The translations under genes were made by a program, and so were the position numbers. From NCBI GenBank assembly GCA_000146045.2, contig BK006947.3, forward strand, positions 640,001-704,000: a stretch of 64,000 nt of DNA, written 5' to 3'. Shown piece after piece: positions 1 to 9,027 of this stretch. Origin of the DNA: TPA_inf: Saccharomyces. Its lineage: Eukaryota. The notes beneath the pieces were generated by a model. That model was not told the DNA's origin. It worked only from the letters and a program-made list of their open reading frames with translations, and searched no databases. Each line of letters begins with the position of its first letter. Position 1 is the first letter of the stretch.

Positions 1-114
1 ATCACCTGCTTGTACAAACTCCTCAGGAGTTATTTGACCTGTGGTTAAAAAGGTAGATTTGTGCGTTATGGGGGTAAGATATTCTCTCCAACTACTTAGT
101 GTAGATCTAATCAT
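1..114 (-). CDS. ATG3: Autophagy E2-like enzyme Atg3, N-terminal 38 codons only (gene continues beyond window start)
   Basis: Reverse-complement of 1..114 translates [38 protein letters not shown], the known Atg3 N-terminus; ATG is the complement of 112..114. Confidence 0.85.
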   Translation of the reverse strand, partial: MIRSTLSSWREYLTPITHKSTFLTTGQITPEEFVQAGD

Positions 115-395
115 GATAATAAAATTGTATTTACTCCTTTGTACTTCTTTGTTCCTAACTTCTAGCTAGCTTGATATACGTCAAGTGTACGTAATCATTC
201 AAGTATCTACTTTCCTTTAAATAGCCCTTCGCTCTGCTTCCCTTATAATAATAATGTCCGTGTACAAAATTGAATGCCCAAGAAGGTGAAATTTGAAAAA
301 TAAGAAATCTACTAAATACCGATACGAAGAAGCGTATAGTAACAGCCATTACAAAAGGTTCTCTACCAACGAATTCGGCGACAATCGAGTAAAAA

Positions 396-2381
396 ATGGG
401 CACACTGTTTCGAAGAAATGTCCAGAACCAAAAGAGTGATTCTGATGAAAACAATAAAGGGGGTTCTGTTCATAACAAGCGAGAGAGCAGAAACCACATT
501 CATCATCAACAGGGATTAGGCCATAAGAGAAGAAGGGGTATTAGTGGCAGTGCAAAAAGAAATGAGCGTGGCAAAGATTTCGACAGGAAAAGAGACGGGA
601 ACGGTAGAAAACGTTGGAGAGATTCCAGAAGACTGATTTTCATTCTTGGTGCATTCTTAGGTGTACTTTTGCCGTTTAGCTTTGGCGCTTATCATGTTCA
701 TAATAGCGATAGCGACTTGTTTGACAACTTTGTAAATTTTGATTCACTTAAAGTGTATTTGGATGATTGGAAAGATGTTCTCCCACAAGGTATAAGTTCG
801 TTTATTGATGATATTCAGGCTGGTAACTACTCCACATCTTCTTTAGATGATCTCAGTGAAAATTTTGCCGTTGGTAAACAACTCTTACGTGATTATAATA
901 TCGAGGCCAAACATCCTGTTGTAATGGTTCCTGGTGTCATTTCTACGGGAATTGAAAGCTGGGGAGTTATTGGAGACGATGAGTGCGATAGTTCTGCGCA
1001 TTTTCGTAAACGGCTGTGGGGAAGTTTTTACATGCTGAGAACAATGGTTATGGATAAAGTTTGTTGGTTGAAACATGTAATGTTAGATCCTGAAACAGGT
1101 CTGGACCCACCGAACTTTACGCTACGTGCAGCACAGGGCTTCGAATCAACTGATTATTTCATCGCAGGGTATTGGATTTGGAACAAAGTTTTCCAAAATC
1201 TGGGAGTAATTGGCTATGAACCCAATAAAATGACGAGTGCTGCGTATGATTGGAGGCTTGCATATTTAGATCTAGAAAGACGCGATAGGTACTTTACGAA
1301 GCTAAAGGAACAAATCGAACTGTTTCATCAATTGAGTGGTGAAAAAGTTTGTTTAATTGGACATTCTATGGGTTCTCAGATTATCTTTTACTTTATGAAA
1401 TGGGTCGAGGCTGAAGGCCCTCTTTACGGTAATGGTGGTCGTGGCTGGGTTAACGAACACATAGATTCATTCATTAATGCAGCAGGGACGCTTCTGGGCG
1501 CTCCAAAGGCAGTTCCAGCTCTAATTAGTGGTGAAATGAAAGATACCATTCAATTAAATACGTTAGCCATGTATGGTTTGGAAAAGTTCTTCTCAAGAAT
1601 TGAGAGAGTAAAAATGTTACAAACGTGGGGTGGTATACCATCAATGCTACCAAAGGGAGAAGAGGTCATTTGGGGGGATATGAAGTCATCTTCAGAGGAT
1701 GCATTGAATAACAACACTGACACATACGGCAATTTCATTCGATTTGAAAGGAATACGAGCGATGCTTTCAACAAAAATTTGACAATGAAAGACGCCATTA
1801 ACATGACATTATCGATATCACCTGAATGGCTCCAAAGAAGAGTACATGAGCAGTACTCGTTCGGCTATTCCAAGAATGAAGAAGAGTTAAGAAAAAATGA
1901 GCTACACCACAAGCACTGGTCGAATCCAATGGAAGTACCACTTCCAGAAGCTCCCCACATGAAAATCTATTGTATATACGGGGTGAACAACCCAACTGAA
2001 AGGGCATATGTATATAAGGAAGAGGATGACTCCTCTGCTCTGAATTTGACCATCGACTACGAAAGCAAGCAACCTGTATTCCTCACCGAGGGGGACGGAA
2101 CCGTTCCGCTCGTGGCGCATTCAATGTGTCACAAATGGGCCCAGGGTGCTTCACCGTACAACCCTGCCGGAATTAACGTTACTATTGTGGAAATGAAACA
2201 CCAGCCAGATCGATTTGATATACGTGGTGGAGCAAAAAGCGCCGAACACGTAGACATCCTCGGCAGCGCGGAGTTGAACGATTACATCTTGAAAATTGCA
2301 AGCGGTAATGGCGATCTCGTCGAGCCACGCCAATTGTCTAATTTGAGCCAGTGGGTTTCTCAGATGCCCTTCCCAATGTAA
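396..2381 (+). CDS. LRO1: Phospholipid:diacylglycerol acyltransferase (LCAT-like), 661 aa
   Basis: ORF track 661 aa; HSMGS lipase motif; N-terminal basic region plus TM segment; length matches Lro1. Confidence 0.95.
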   Translation: MGTLFRRNVQNQKSDSDENNKGGSVHNKRESRNHIHHQQGLGHKRRRGISGSAKRNERGKDFDRKRDGNGRKRWRDSRRLIFILGAFLGVLLPFSFGAYHVHNSDSDLFDNFVNFDSLKVYLDDWKDVLPQGISSFIDDIQAGNYSTSSLDDLSENFAVGKQLLRDYNIEAKHPVVMVPGVISTGIESWGVIGDDECDSSAHFRKRLWGSFYMLRTMVMDKVCWLKHVMLDPETGLDPPNFTLRAAQGFESTDYFIAGYWIWNKVFQNLGVIGYEPNKMTSAAYDWRLAYLDLERRDRYFTKLKEQIELFHQLSGEKVCLIGHSMGSQIIFYFMKWVEAEGPLYGNGGRGWVNEHIDSFINAAGTLLGAPKAVPALISGEMKDTIQLNTLAMYGLEKFFSRIERVKMLQTWGGIPSMLPKGEEVIWGDMKSSSEDALNNNTDTYGNFIRFERNTSDAFNKNLTMKDAINMTLSISPEWLQRRVHEQYSFGYSKNEEELRKNELHHKHWSNPMEVPLPEAPHMKIYCIYGVNNPTERAYVYKEEDDSSALNLTIDYESKQPVFLTEGDGTVPLVAHSMCHKWAQGASPYNPAGINVTIVEMKHQPDRFDIRGGAKSAEHVDILGSAELNDYILKIASGNGDLVEPRQLSNLSQWVSQMPFPM

Positions 2382-2434
2382 ATGACCGACATTGACTCAC
2401 TATCCATCCGTGTATTATTTCAAAGAGCGAAAAG

Positions 2435-2462
2435 AAGGCGCGTCGCGTCGACGCGCCTTTTT
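2435..2462. promoter_or_regulatory. Cluster of three MCB (MluI cell-cycle box) cores (2x CGCGT, 1x ACGCG) forming a perfect GC hairpin, ~230 bp upstream of NRM1
   Basis: AAGGCGCGTCGCGTCGACGCGCCTT is an inverted repeat (8-bp stem AAGGCGCG/CGCGCCTT) followed by TTTTT; NRM1 is an established MBF target. Confidence 0.6.
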
Positions 2463-2689
2463 AGGCTAGAAAATAAACAGAAAACAAAAACAAAAACAAA
2501 AAAAGGCGAAAAAACAAACGAAAAAACAAACGACAGTAGATAGAGGAGAAGGTTTTTGACAGGTTTGTGTAATTGGTTATTTGCTTTTATAGATTATATA
2601 TACACAAACTTAAAACACTGTTTTCTAAGTAGGCTGCGGAGAGGGCCAATTGCAGCAGCGACGTACGCATAGAGGAAAAACAACCGTTC

Positions 2690-3439
2690 ATGTCCATTAT
2701 GAAGCAGAGGCTACCACTGGGGGAGTTTTCCAGCTCGAAGATCAACAAACTGGCAATTGCCAATATTGCAGACGCTAGCGAGCCTAGAAACCATGGAGAA
2801 AACAACGTCGGGACTGTGTGTCTTCCCTCTATCAAGAGTTTGATGGTTAGTCCTGAAGTATACGAAAACACGAAGAGTCTTCCTGTTCCCCTAATGAGGA
2901 GCAGTGGCGGAGGTATGGCTTGTGCCAGTAAGTCCTCATGCCAGGATGGTATTAGTACGAAAACAACGTCTAGAGATTACTCTGAGCTTTCCAAGAAGTT
3001 GCAAATTCGTTTACAGTTCGCCTATTATAAATACAAGACTAAGCAAACAGACAAAAATTTCACAGACTTGAAATCAAAGCATAGCATTACGAGGCCTTCC
3101 AAAGTCGCGACTCACAGTAAATCAGAACCTTTAACTAGGAGAAGAAAATTAGTACTATCTCAGGGTCATTATAAAACCCCTGCTAGGTCTAAGATCAAAA
3201 CTCCATCTTCGATTTGCTCTCACGATAATACATCTTCCTTTACATCTTTCCGCGGTGTCAGCGAAAGCTCGAGCACTACCGCAGATATGAACGTCGCAGA
3301 TACCACCACACCAATACGCAACAACATAAACACAAAGCATTCAAACAGTCATAATCGCACATTGTATCAGAGACAAGAAACACCTACAAGCATCAAAGCC
3401 GCTAAGTCTTTAATTCATCTCTTTACAAGTAACCAATAA
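2690..3439 (+). CDS. NRM1: MBF corepressor Nrm1, 249 aa
   Basis: 249 aa Ser/Thr/Lys-rich ORF in expected position after LRO1; MCB cluster upstream. Confidence 0.85.
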   Translation: MSIMKQRLPLGEFSSSKINKLAIANIADASEPRNHGENNVGTVCLPSIKSLMVSPEVYENTKSLPVPLMRSSGGGMACASKSSCQDGISTKTTSRDYSELSKKLQIRLQFAYYKYKTKQTDKNFTDLKSKHSITRPSKVATHSKSEPLTRRRKLVLSQGHYKTPARSKIKTPSSICSHDNTSSFTSFRGVSESSSTTADMNVADTTTPIRNNINTKHSNSHNRTLYQRQETPTSIKAAKSLIHLFTSNQ

Positions 3440-3743
3440 TCCCACCCCCAATATTTCTATCTTTCATTTTCATTCTCCTTCATTGTGTATATAATAATAT
3501 TATTGTCTTCGTATATCTTCCACATTACCTTTTCACTTCCGCTTTAGTTCTGTACGTATAATTAGATAGAATATCATATAAAACCTGATTTTATTAGTAT
3601 CGATTGCAATTCTACTGCGGCCATTAACTGTAACCGAATTGAAGAAAATAAAAGAAAAAAAGAGAACATGCATAAATGGGAAAAAGAAGGCGAAGCATAC
3701 CAGCATCTACCAGAGAGACACGAGCACTGAAAGTCGCCATAAA

Positions 3744-4193
3744 ATGAATCTACAGAACAACGTTTTAAATCAGATACACCAGATTCTGCTGCCTACGAAT
3801 CCTACTCTCGATAAACCTAATGCTGAGGCTACAAAGGAAGAATTTTCGTCTGCAGAAAATAGAGATGAAAAAGACTATCTTACCAACCAGCAGCCGAAAA
3901 ATCTGAGTACTCCCTCCACCAGTTCCAACGGTGAATTTATACCGCATATTTTTTATTCGCTGCACCAAATAAGGAAGGATCCAAACAATCTCTCAAATCA
4001 ATTGGAAACCTTAACAGGTTCGATTAGACATCGTTTGAAACTTTGTAAATCTTTGATATCGGAAAACGAAGATACCAAGGATTTATTAAGTAAAAGTCCA
4101 TCAGAATGGCAGGATATCATCCATCAACGTGAACAAGAACTGCAAATTAAGAGAGACGTCTTGGATGATCTTTATCGCAAGTTACAACGATAA
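3744..4193 (+). CDS. CSE2: Mediator subunit Cse2/Med9, 149 aa
   Basis: Track ORF 3639..4193 (184 aa) starts on non-annotated upstream codon; first ATG giving MNLQNNVLNQ... yields 149 aa = Cse2. Confidence 0.85.
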   Translation: MNLQNNVLNQIHQILLPTNPTLDKPNAEATKEEFSSAENRDEKDYLTNQQPKNLSTPSTSSNGEFIPHIFYSLHQIRKDPNNLSNQLETLTGSIRHRLKLCKSLISENEDTKDLLSKSPSEWQDIIHQREQELQIKRDVLDDLYRKLQR

Positions 4194-4319
4194 AATCTAT
4201 GCTATCTATCTTTAGTCTATATATATATATATATATACATACGCATACCACATCTTCAAACGTGCATATAGAATGGAGCCTGCGTTTCTAGCAATACACA
4301 TACACCTGTCAAAAAACCT

Positions 4320-6950
4320 TCACCGCCTCCCCCTATTTGTTTTATCGTCAATTAAATCTTTAAAGATTTGTGGAACCATGTCTATCAACCATTCTTCCTT
4401 AGGGATAACTAGACAGTCCCTGATAAATTCCTTCGACGTTAGCATCAATTGTTGATAAAGCACATATTTGCTTGGTCTCTGCGCCTTTTCCTTATGATTA
4501 ACGAAAAGTATACTGGTAGGATGAACACTAACGTTCAGCCCACCTGATGACCTACCCATGGTTTGATAGCCGGTGGGGCCTAATTGTACAATATTCATCG
4601 GAAACCCGCTGATGAAGCATCGAGTTATTCTAGCATTTATGTAGCCCGCTATATTGCCTATCTTCATCCTGGCTTGGTCGTTCTTTTCAACTAATCCAAC
4701 CTTTTCACTGCACCTGAATAATTGGTTTCTAATATTTCTTACCCTCAACATCGTTTTGAATTGAATTTTGTGGTCTTGACACCAACTTCTGGAAAATTTA
4801 GAGTTTCTCCATTGGTTGAAGATTTCCAAATACAATATGTGATCACTTTCCACTTCGCTTAACACACTTGCCGCAGCATCTCTTTTTTGACCAATAAATA
4901 ATGAAGGTGTTTCATGTAGCATCGAAACTATGGTCAAACACTCTTCTAGTACACCTTGACATTGTTCGTGCGTAGCAGCTGTATAAAGCACTTTTGCAAA
5001 TTCAGGTTCACAAGGAAACTCGCACATCATTTTACCTAACCGAGTGATTGTCCCTTTGCTATTTAAGGCACCTAAAATGTATAAATTTTCCAAAGACTTC
5101 CGTAATGTGGGGATACTGGGCTTATCCATCAGGGGAAACTTTATTAGGTCAGTAACGCCAAGCGATAATAATAATAACACCGTATTAGAAAGATTTGTTC
5201 TTGTGATCTCAGGCTTAGGCATAAGTTCCAACTCGTGCAAATATGACCATTTGGTAAAAATTCTAAAACATTTTCCCGGCCCAACACGACCAGCCCTACC
5301 GGCACGCTGATCAACTGAAGCTCTTGAGCATGGAACTGTTAAAAGTTGGGTCATTCCAGTGGAGGGTACGTACGAATTTTCCTTAACAAATCCAGGATCA
5401 ATGACATATCTAATACCATCAATGGTCAATGAAGTTTCCGCAATATTAGTTGCCAAAACAACTTTCCTACAATTTTCCGGAGTCGGCTGGAAAATTTTCA
5501 ATTGCTGCTCTTGGGGTAAATTTGCGTATATAGGAGTTATAATCATTTGTTTTGTTCTAGAACCTAATTTAGACATGATCTCCTCCAGTTTGGTTTTTGT
5601 TCTTTCAATTTCTTCTTGCCCCGTTAAAAACACCAATATATCCCCCGGTAAACTTTGCGTAGTATGAATTTGAAAAATAGTTGTTATAGCGGCATGTATA
5701 TAGTTTGCCTCCGGCTGTAATGTGTAGTGGATATCTACAGGATATCTTCTCCCAGGAACGTTGAAAATGGGACAATTATCAAAAAACTCTGAAAATTTTT
5801 TTGCGTTCATTGTTGCTGATGATATAAGCAATTTTAAAGTGGGCCTCTGCGGCAAAATATCTTTCAGCAAACCTATCAGGATATCTGTGGCTAGAGTACG
5901 TTCATGAGCTTCATCAATCATAATACAAGAATATTTGCTTAATTTGGAATCTGTAAGAAATTCTCTTAGTAACATACCATCCGTCATATACTTTAGAACC
6001 GTTTTATTTGGGGTTGTTTTGTCTTCAAAACGGATCTGATAACCCACTTCCTTCCCAAGCACAACATTCATTTCATCTGCTACTCTTGCAGCAACAGAAG
6101 TGGCCGCCACACGACGTGGTTGTGTTATGGCAATCTGTAACTTTCCCTGATCAGTGAATCCATCTTCTACCAAATATTGGGGTAACTGTGTGGTTTTACC
6201 AGAACCGGTTTCACCCATTATAATCAAAACTTGATTTTTTTTGATCTCTTGTAGTAGCTCATCCTTGTATTGATGTACAGGCAAAAGTTTTCTTGCCTCT
6301 TGTATAGTCAGTATACGCTTTTCCTCAGTTTCTAAAGCTTGTGCTAGACGTGCCTCATATTGAAGTTTCTCTTCAGGTAGTAAATCGTCCTCCTCATTAG
6401 TATAATCAATCATTGCATCTGTGTCGAACACATAATCGTACTTGTCAGAGCCTTCCAATGTTATATCATCAGGGTGATCGCTTTGCCCCGCCATAGCATT
6501 TCGCAATTGTTGTTCTTCCCACATGCGTTGTCTGTTTATTTTGTCAATTTCTTTTGCATTCTTTATTTTATGAGTAACTTCTACGTTAAATTTAGAATTA
6601 GAAGAGGCGTACTTAGTTTCATTCTCGGAGTCACCTAGTAGACCCTTCTTTGTAGTAAGTTCATTATTTGACGTTATTTTTTCATCATACTTTGATGACT
6701 TTTTTTGTGATCCAAGTTGTTCTCCTTTTAAATTGTTCTTTTCTGGACCTTGGTTCGTATTAGAAAAAACTTTATTGGGGTCATAGCGTGATCGTTTTAG
6801 CTGCAAGGCAGAGTTCTTATCCTTGGCCTCTTTGTCTTCTTCCTCACCCAAGGAAGAAGGCTCTATTCTTACTGCATTGTCATTCTGTCTTGTAACTTCA
6901 TACGTTCGTTTCACTCTTCGCTTACCGGTTTCAGATGTAATACTTGACAT
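4320..6950 (-). CDS. PRP2: DEAH-box spliceosomal ATPase Prp2, 876 aa
   Basis: 876 aa; GETGSGKT Walker A, DEAHER, helicase C and HA2/OB domains. Confidence 0.95.
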   Translation of the reverse strand: MSSITSETGKRRVKRTYEVTRQNDNAVRIEPSSLGEEEDKEAKDKNSALQLKRSRYDPNKVFSNTNQGPEKNNLKGEQLGSQKKSSKYDEKITSNNELTTKKGLLGDSENETKYASSNSKFNVEVTHKIKNAKEIDKINRQRMWEEQQLRNAMAGQSDHPDDITLEGSDKYDYVFDTDAMIDYTNEEDDLLPEEKLQYEARLAQALETEEKRILTIQEARKLLPVHQYKDELLQEIKKNQVLIIMGETGSGKTTQLPQYLVEDGFTDQGKLQIAITQPRRVAATSVAARVADEMNVVLGKEVGYQIRFEDKTTPNKTVLKYMTDGMLLREFLTDSKLSKYSCIMIDEAHERTLATDILIGLLKDILPQRPTLKLLISSATMNAKKFSEFFDNCPIFNVPGRRYPVDIHYTLQPEANYIHAAITTIFQIHTTQSLPGDILVFLTGQEEIERTKTKLEEIMSKLGSRTKQMIITPIYANLPQEQQLKIFQPTPENCRKVVLATNIAETSLTIDGIRYVIDPGFVKENSYVPSTGMTQLLTVPCSRASVDQRAGRAGRVGPGKCFRIFTKWSYLHELELMPKPEITRTNLSNTVLLLLSLGVTDLIKFPLMDKPSIPTLRKSLENLYILGALNSKGTITRLGKMMCEFPCEPEFAKVLYTAATHEQCQGVLEECLTIVSMLHETPSLFIGQKRDAAASVLSEVESDHILYLEIFNQWRNSKFSRSWCQDHKIQFKTMLRVRNIRNQLFRCSEKVGLVEKNDQARMKIGNIAGYINARITRCFISGFPMNIVQLGPTGYQTMGRSSGGLNVSVHPTSILFVNHKEKAQRPSKYVLYQQLMLTSKEFIRDCLVIPKEEWLIDMVPQIFKDLIDDKTNRGRR

Positions 6951-7250
6951 GTGTTGCTATACACGCTTGTTATCTATATAGATGCCAATTAAACATATAG
7001 CAGCTATCCGTTATTACTTATACAATTGATTAATATCACTTTTTAATTGTCCGGGTAACTAACTGTCTTCCACTTTCAGCACGTTCTCGTCATCAGGTTG
7101 TATGGGCTAGTACTGTTTTGGCTACATTTGAGATACGAGCACTTAAAGAATTCTTGCATATTTTCGATGATTAGTCTTTAATTTTCCCACTTGTTCTCAC
7201 TATTTCCTCTATTGTCTTAATACGCTCACATATCGAAGTTTTTTTTTCAT

Positions 7251-7291
7251 GCGATGAGCTTCGAGATGAAAAAAGGAAACTGAAAAATTTA
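7251..7291. promoter_or_regulatory. PAC element (GCGATGAG, 7251-7258) plus RRPE (TGAAAAATTTA, 7281-7291), ribosome-biogenesis regulon motifs, in the PRP2/URK1 divergent promoter; T14 tract at 7315-7328
   Basis: Exact consensus matches seen in sequence, 22 bp apart. Confidence 0.6.
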
Positions 7292-7431
7292 GATCGATAA
7301 GATAAGAGATGTGATTTTTTTTTTTTTTCGTAAGGCTGTAGGCCTTGGATAACGTCTTATTTACTATTTATATGCGACATCTTCGATAATTTCATACGTT
7401 TAATTTCGAACTCGCATTTATTTTATTTATT

Positions 7432-8937
7432 ATGTCCCATCGTATAGCACCTTCCAAAGAACGATCTTCATCATTTATTTCAATTTTAGACGATGAAACA
7501 AGAGACACATTGAAAGCTAATGCAGTCATGGATGGTGAAGTAGATGTCAAAAAAACAAAAGGAAAAAGCTCTCGGTATATCCCACCATGGACAACTCCAT
7601 ATATAATAGGTATAGGTGGTGCTTCAGGTTCAGGCAAGACAAGCGTTGCTGCTAAGATTGTGTCGTCAATTAATGTTCCCTGGACAGTATTAATATCTTT
7701 GGATAACTTTTACAATCCATTAGGCCCAGAGGACAGAGCCAGAGCCTTTAAAAATGAATACGATTTCGACGAGCCAAATGCCATCAACTTAGATTTGGCA
7801 TATAAGTGCATTTTGAACTTAAAGGAGGGCAAAAGGACAAATATCCCAGTTTATAGCTTCGTCCACCACAATAGAGTTCCTGATAAAAATATAGTCATAT
7901 ACGGGGCCAGTGTGGTAGTTATCGAAGGGATCTACGCCCTTTACGATCGCCGATTGCTGGATTTGATGGACTTGAAAATTTATGTTGACGCTGATTTGGA
8001 TGTCTGCTTAGCAAGAAGATTGTCGAGAGATATAGTTTCCAGAGGGAGAGATTTGGATGGTTGTATTCAACAATGGGAGAAATTTGTGAAACCAAATGCG
8101 GTAAAGTTTGTGAAACCAACAATGAAGAATGCAGATGCTATCATTCCATCGATGAGTGATAATGCTACAGCGGTAAATTTAATCATTAACCACATCAAGT
8201 CAAAACTGGAACTAAAATCAAATGAACACTTAAGAGAGCTAATCAAATTGGGCTCTTCTCCTTCACAAGATGTGCTTAATCGTAACATAATTCATGAATT
8301 GCCGCCCACCAACCAAGTTCTTTCGCTGCATACTATGCTTCTAAATAAAAATCTAAATTGCGCGGACTTTGTTTTCTACTTTGACAGGTTAGCAACAATT
8401 TTGTTATCATGGGCACTTGATGACATTCCTGTAGCACATACGAACATAATTACACCTGGTGAGCATACCATGGAAAACGTTATTGCCTGTCAATTCGATC
8501 AAGTTACAGCTGTTAATATTATTCGATCTGGCGATTGTTTTATGAAGTCTTTGAGAAAGACGATCCCCAATATCACAATTGGTAAATTGTTGATTCAGTC
8601 CGATTCACAAACTGGGGAACCTCAACTGCATTGCGAATTTTTACCCCCAAATATAGAAAAGTTTGGCAAGGTTTTCTTAATGGAAGGTCAAATCATAAGT
8701 GGTGCGGCCATGATCATGGCCATCCAGGTGCTTTTAGATCATGGTATTGATTTGGAAAAGATTAGCGTGGTGGTTTATTTGGCCACTGAAGTTGGTATCC
8801 GACGTATATTAAATGCATTTGATAACAAAGTCAACATTTTTGCTGGTATGATCATCTCCAGAGAAAAGTTACAAAATCATCAATACAAATGGGCATTGAC
8901 CAGATTTTTTGATTCAAAGTATTTTGGTTGTGATTGA
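7432..8937 (+). CDS. URK1: Uridine/cytidine kinase with C-terminal UPRT-like domain, 501 aa
   Basis: 501 aa; P-loop GGASGSGKTS; uridine kinase fold followed by phosphoribosyltransferase-like domain. Confidence 0.93.
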   Translation: MSHRIAPSKERSSSFISILDDETRDTLKANAVMDGEVDVKKTKGKSSRYIPPWTTPYIIGIGGASGSGKTSVAAKIVSSINVPWTVLISLDNFYNPLGPEDRARAFKNEYDFDEPNAINLDLAYKCILNLKEGKRTNIPVYSFVHHNRVPDKNIVIYGASVVVIEGIYALYDRRLLDLMDLKIYVDADLDVCLARRLSRDIVSRGRDLDGCIQQWEKFVKPNAVKFVKPTMKNADAIIPSMSDNATAVNLIINHIKSKLELKSNEHLRELIKLGSSPSQDVLNRNIIHELPPTNQVLSLHTMLLNKNLNCADFVFYFDRLATILLSWALDDIPVAHTNIITPGEHTMENVIACQFDQVTAVNIIRSGDCFMKSLRKTIPNITIGKLLIQSDSQTGEPQLHCEFLPPNIEKFGKVFLMEGQIISGAAMIMAIQVLLDHGIDLEKISVVVYLATEVGIRRILNAFDNKVNIFAGMIISREKLQNHQYKWALTRFFDSKYFGCD

Positions 8938-9027
8938 GAATAATTAGAGGCAATATAAAGTAAAATTAAATAATAGTGCACGTATACATACTATATTAGT
9001 AACCTTTCATTCTCTCTATGGATAATC

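Noticed and set aside
2393-2399. Gcn4 site TGACTCA just after the LRO1 stop
   Set aside because: A single 7-mer occurs by chance roughly every 8 kb per strand. Neither LRO1 nor NRM1 is an amino-acid biosynthesis gene.
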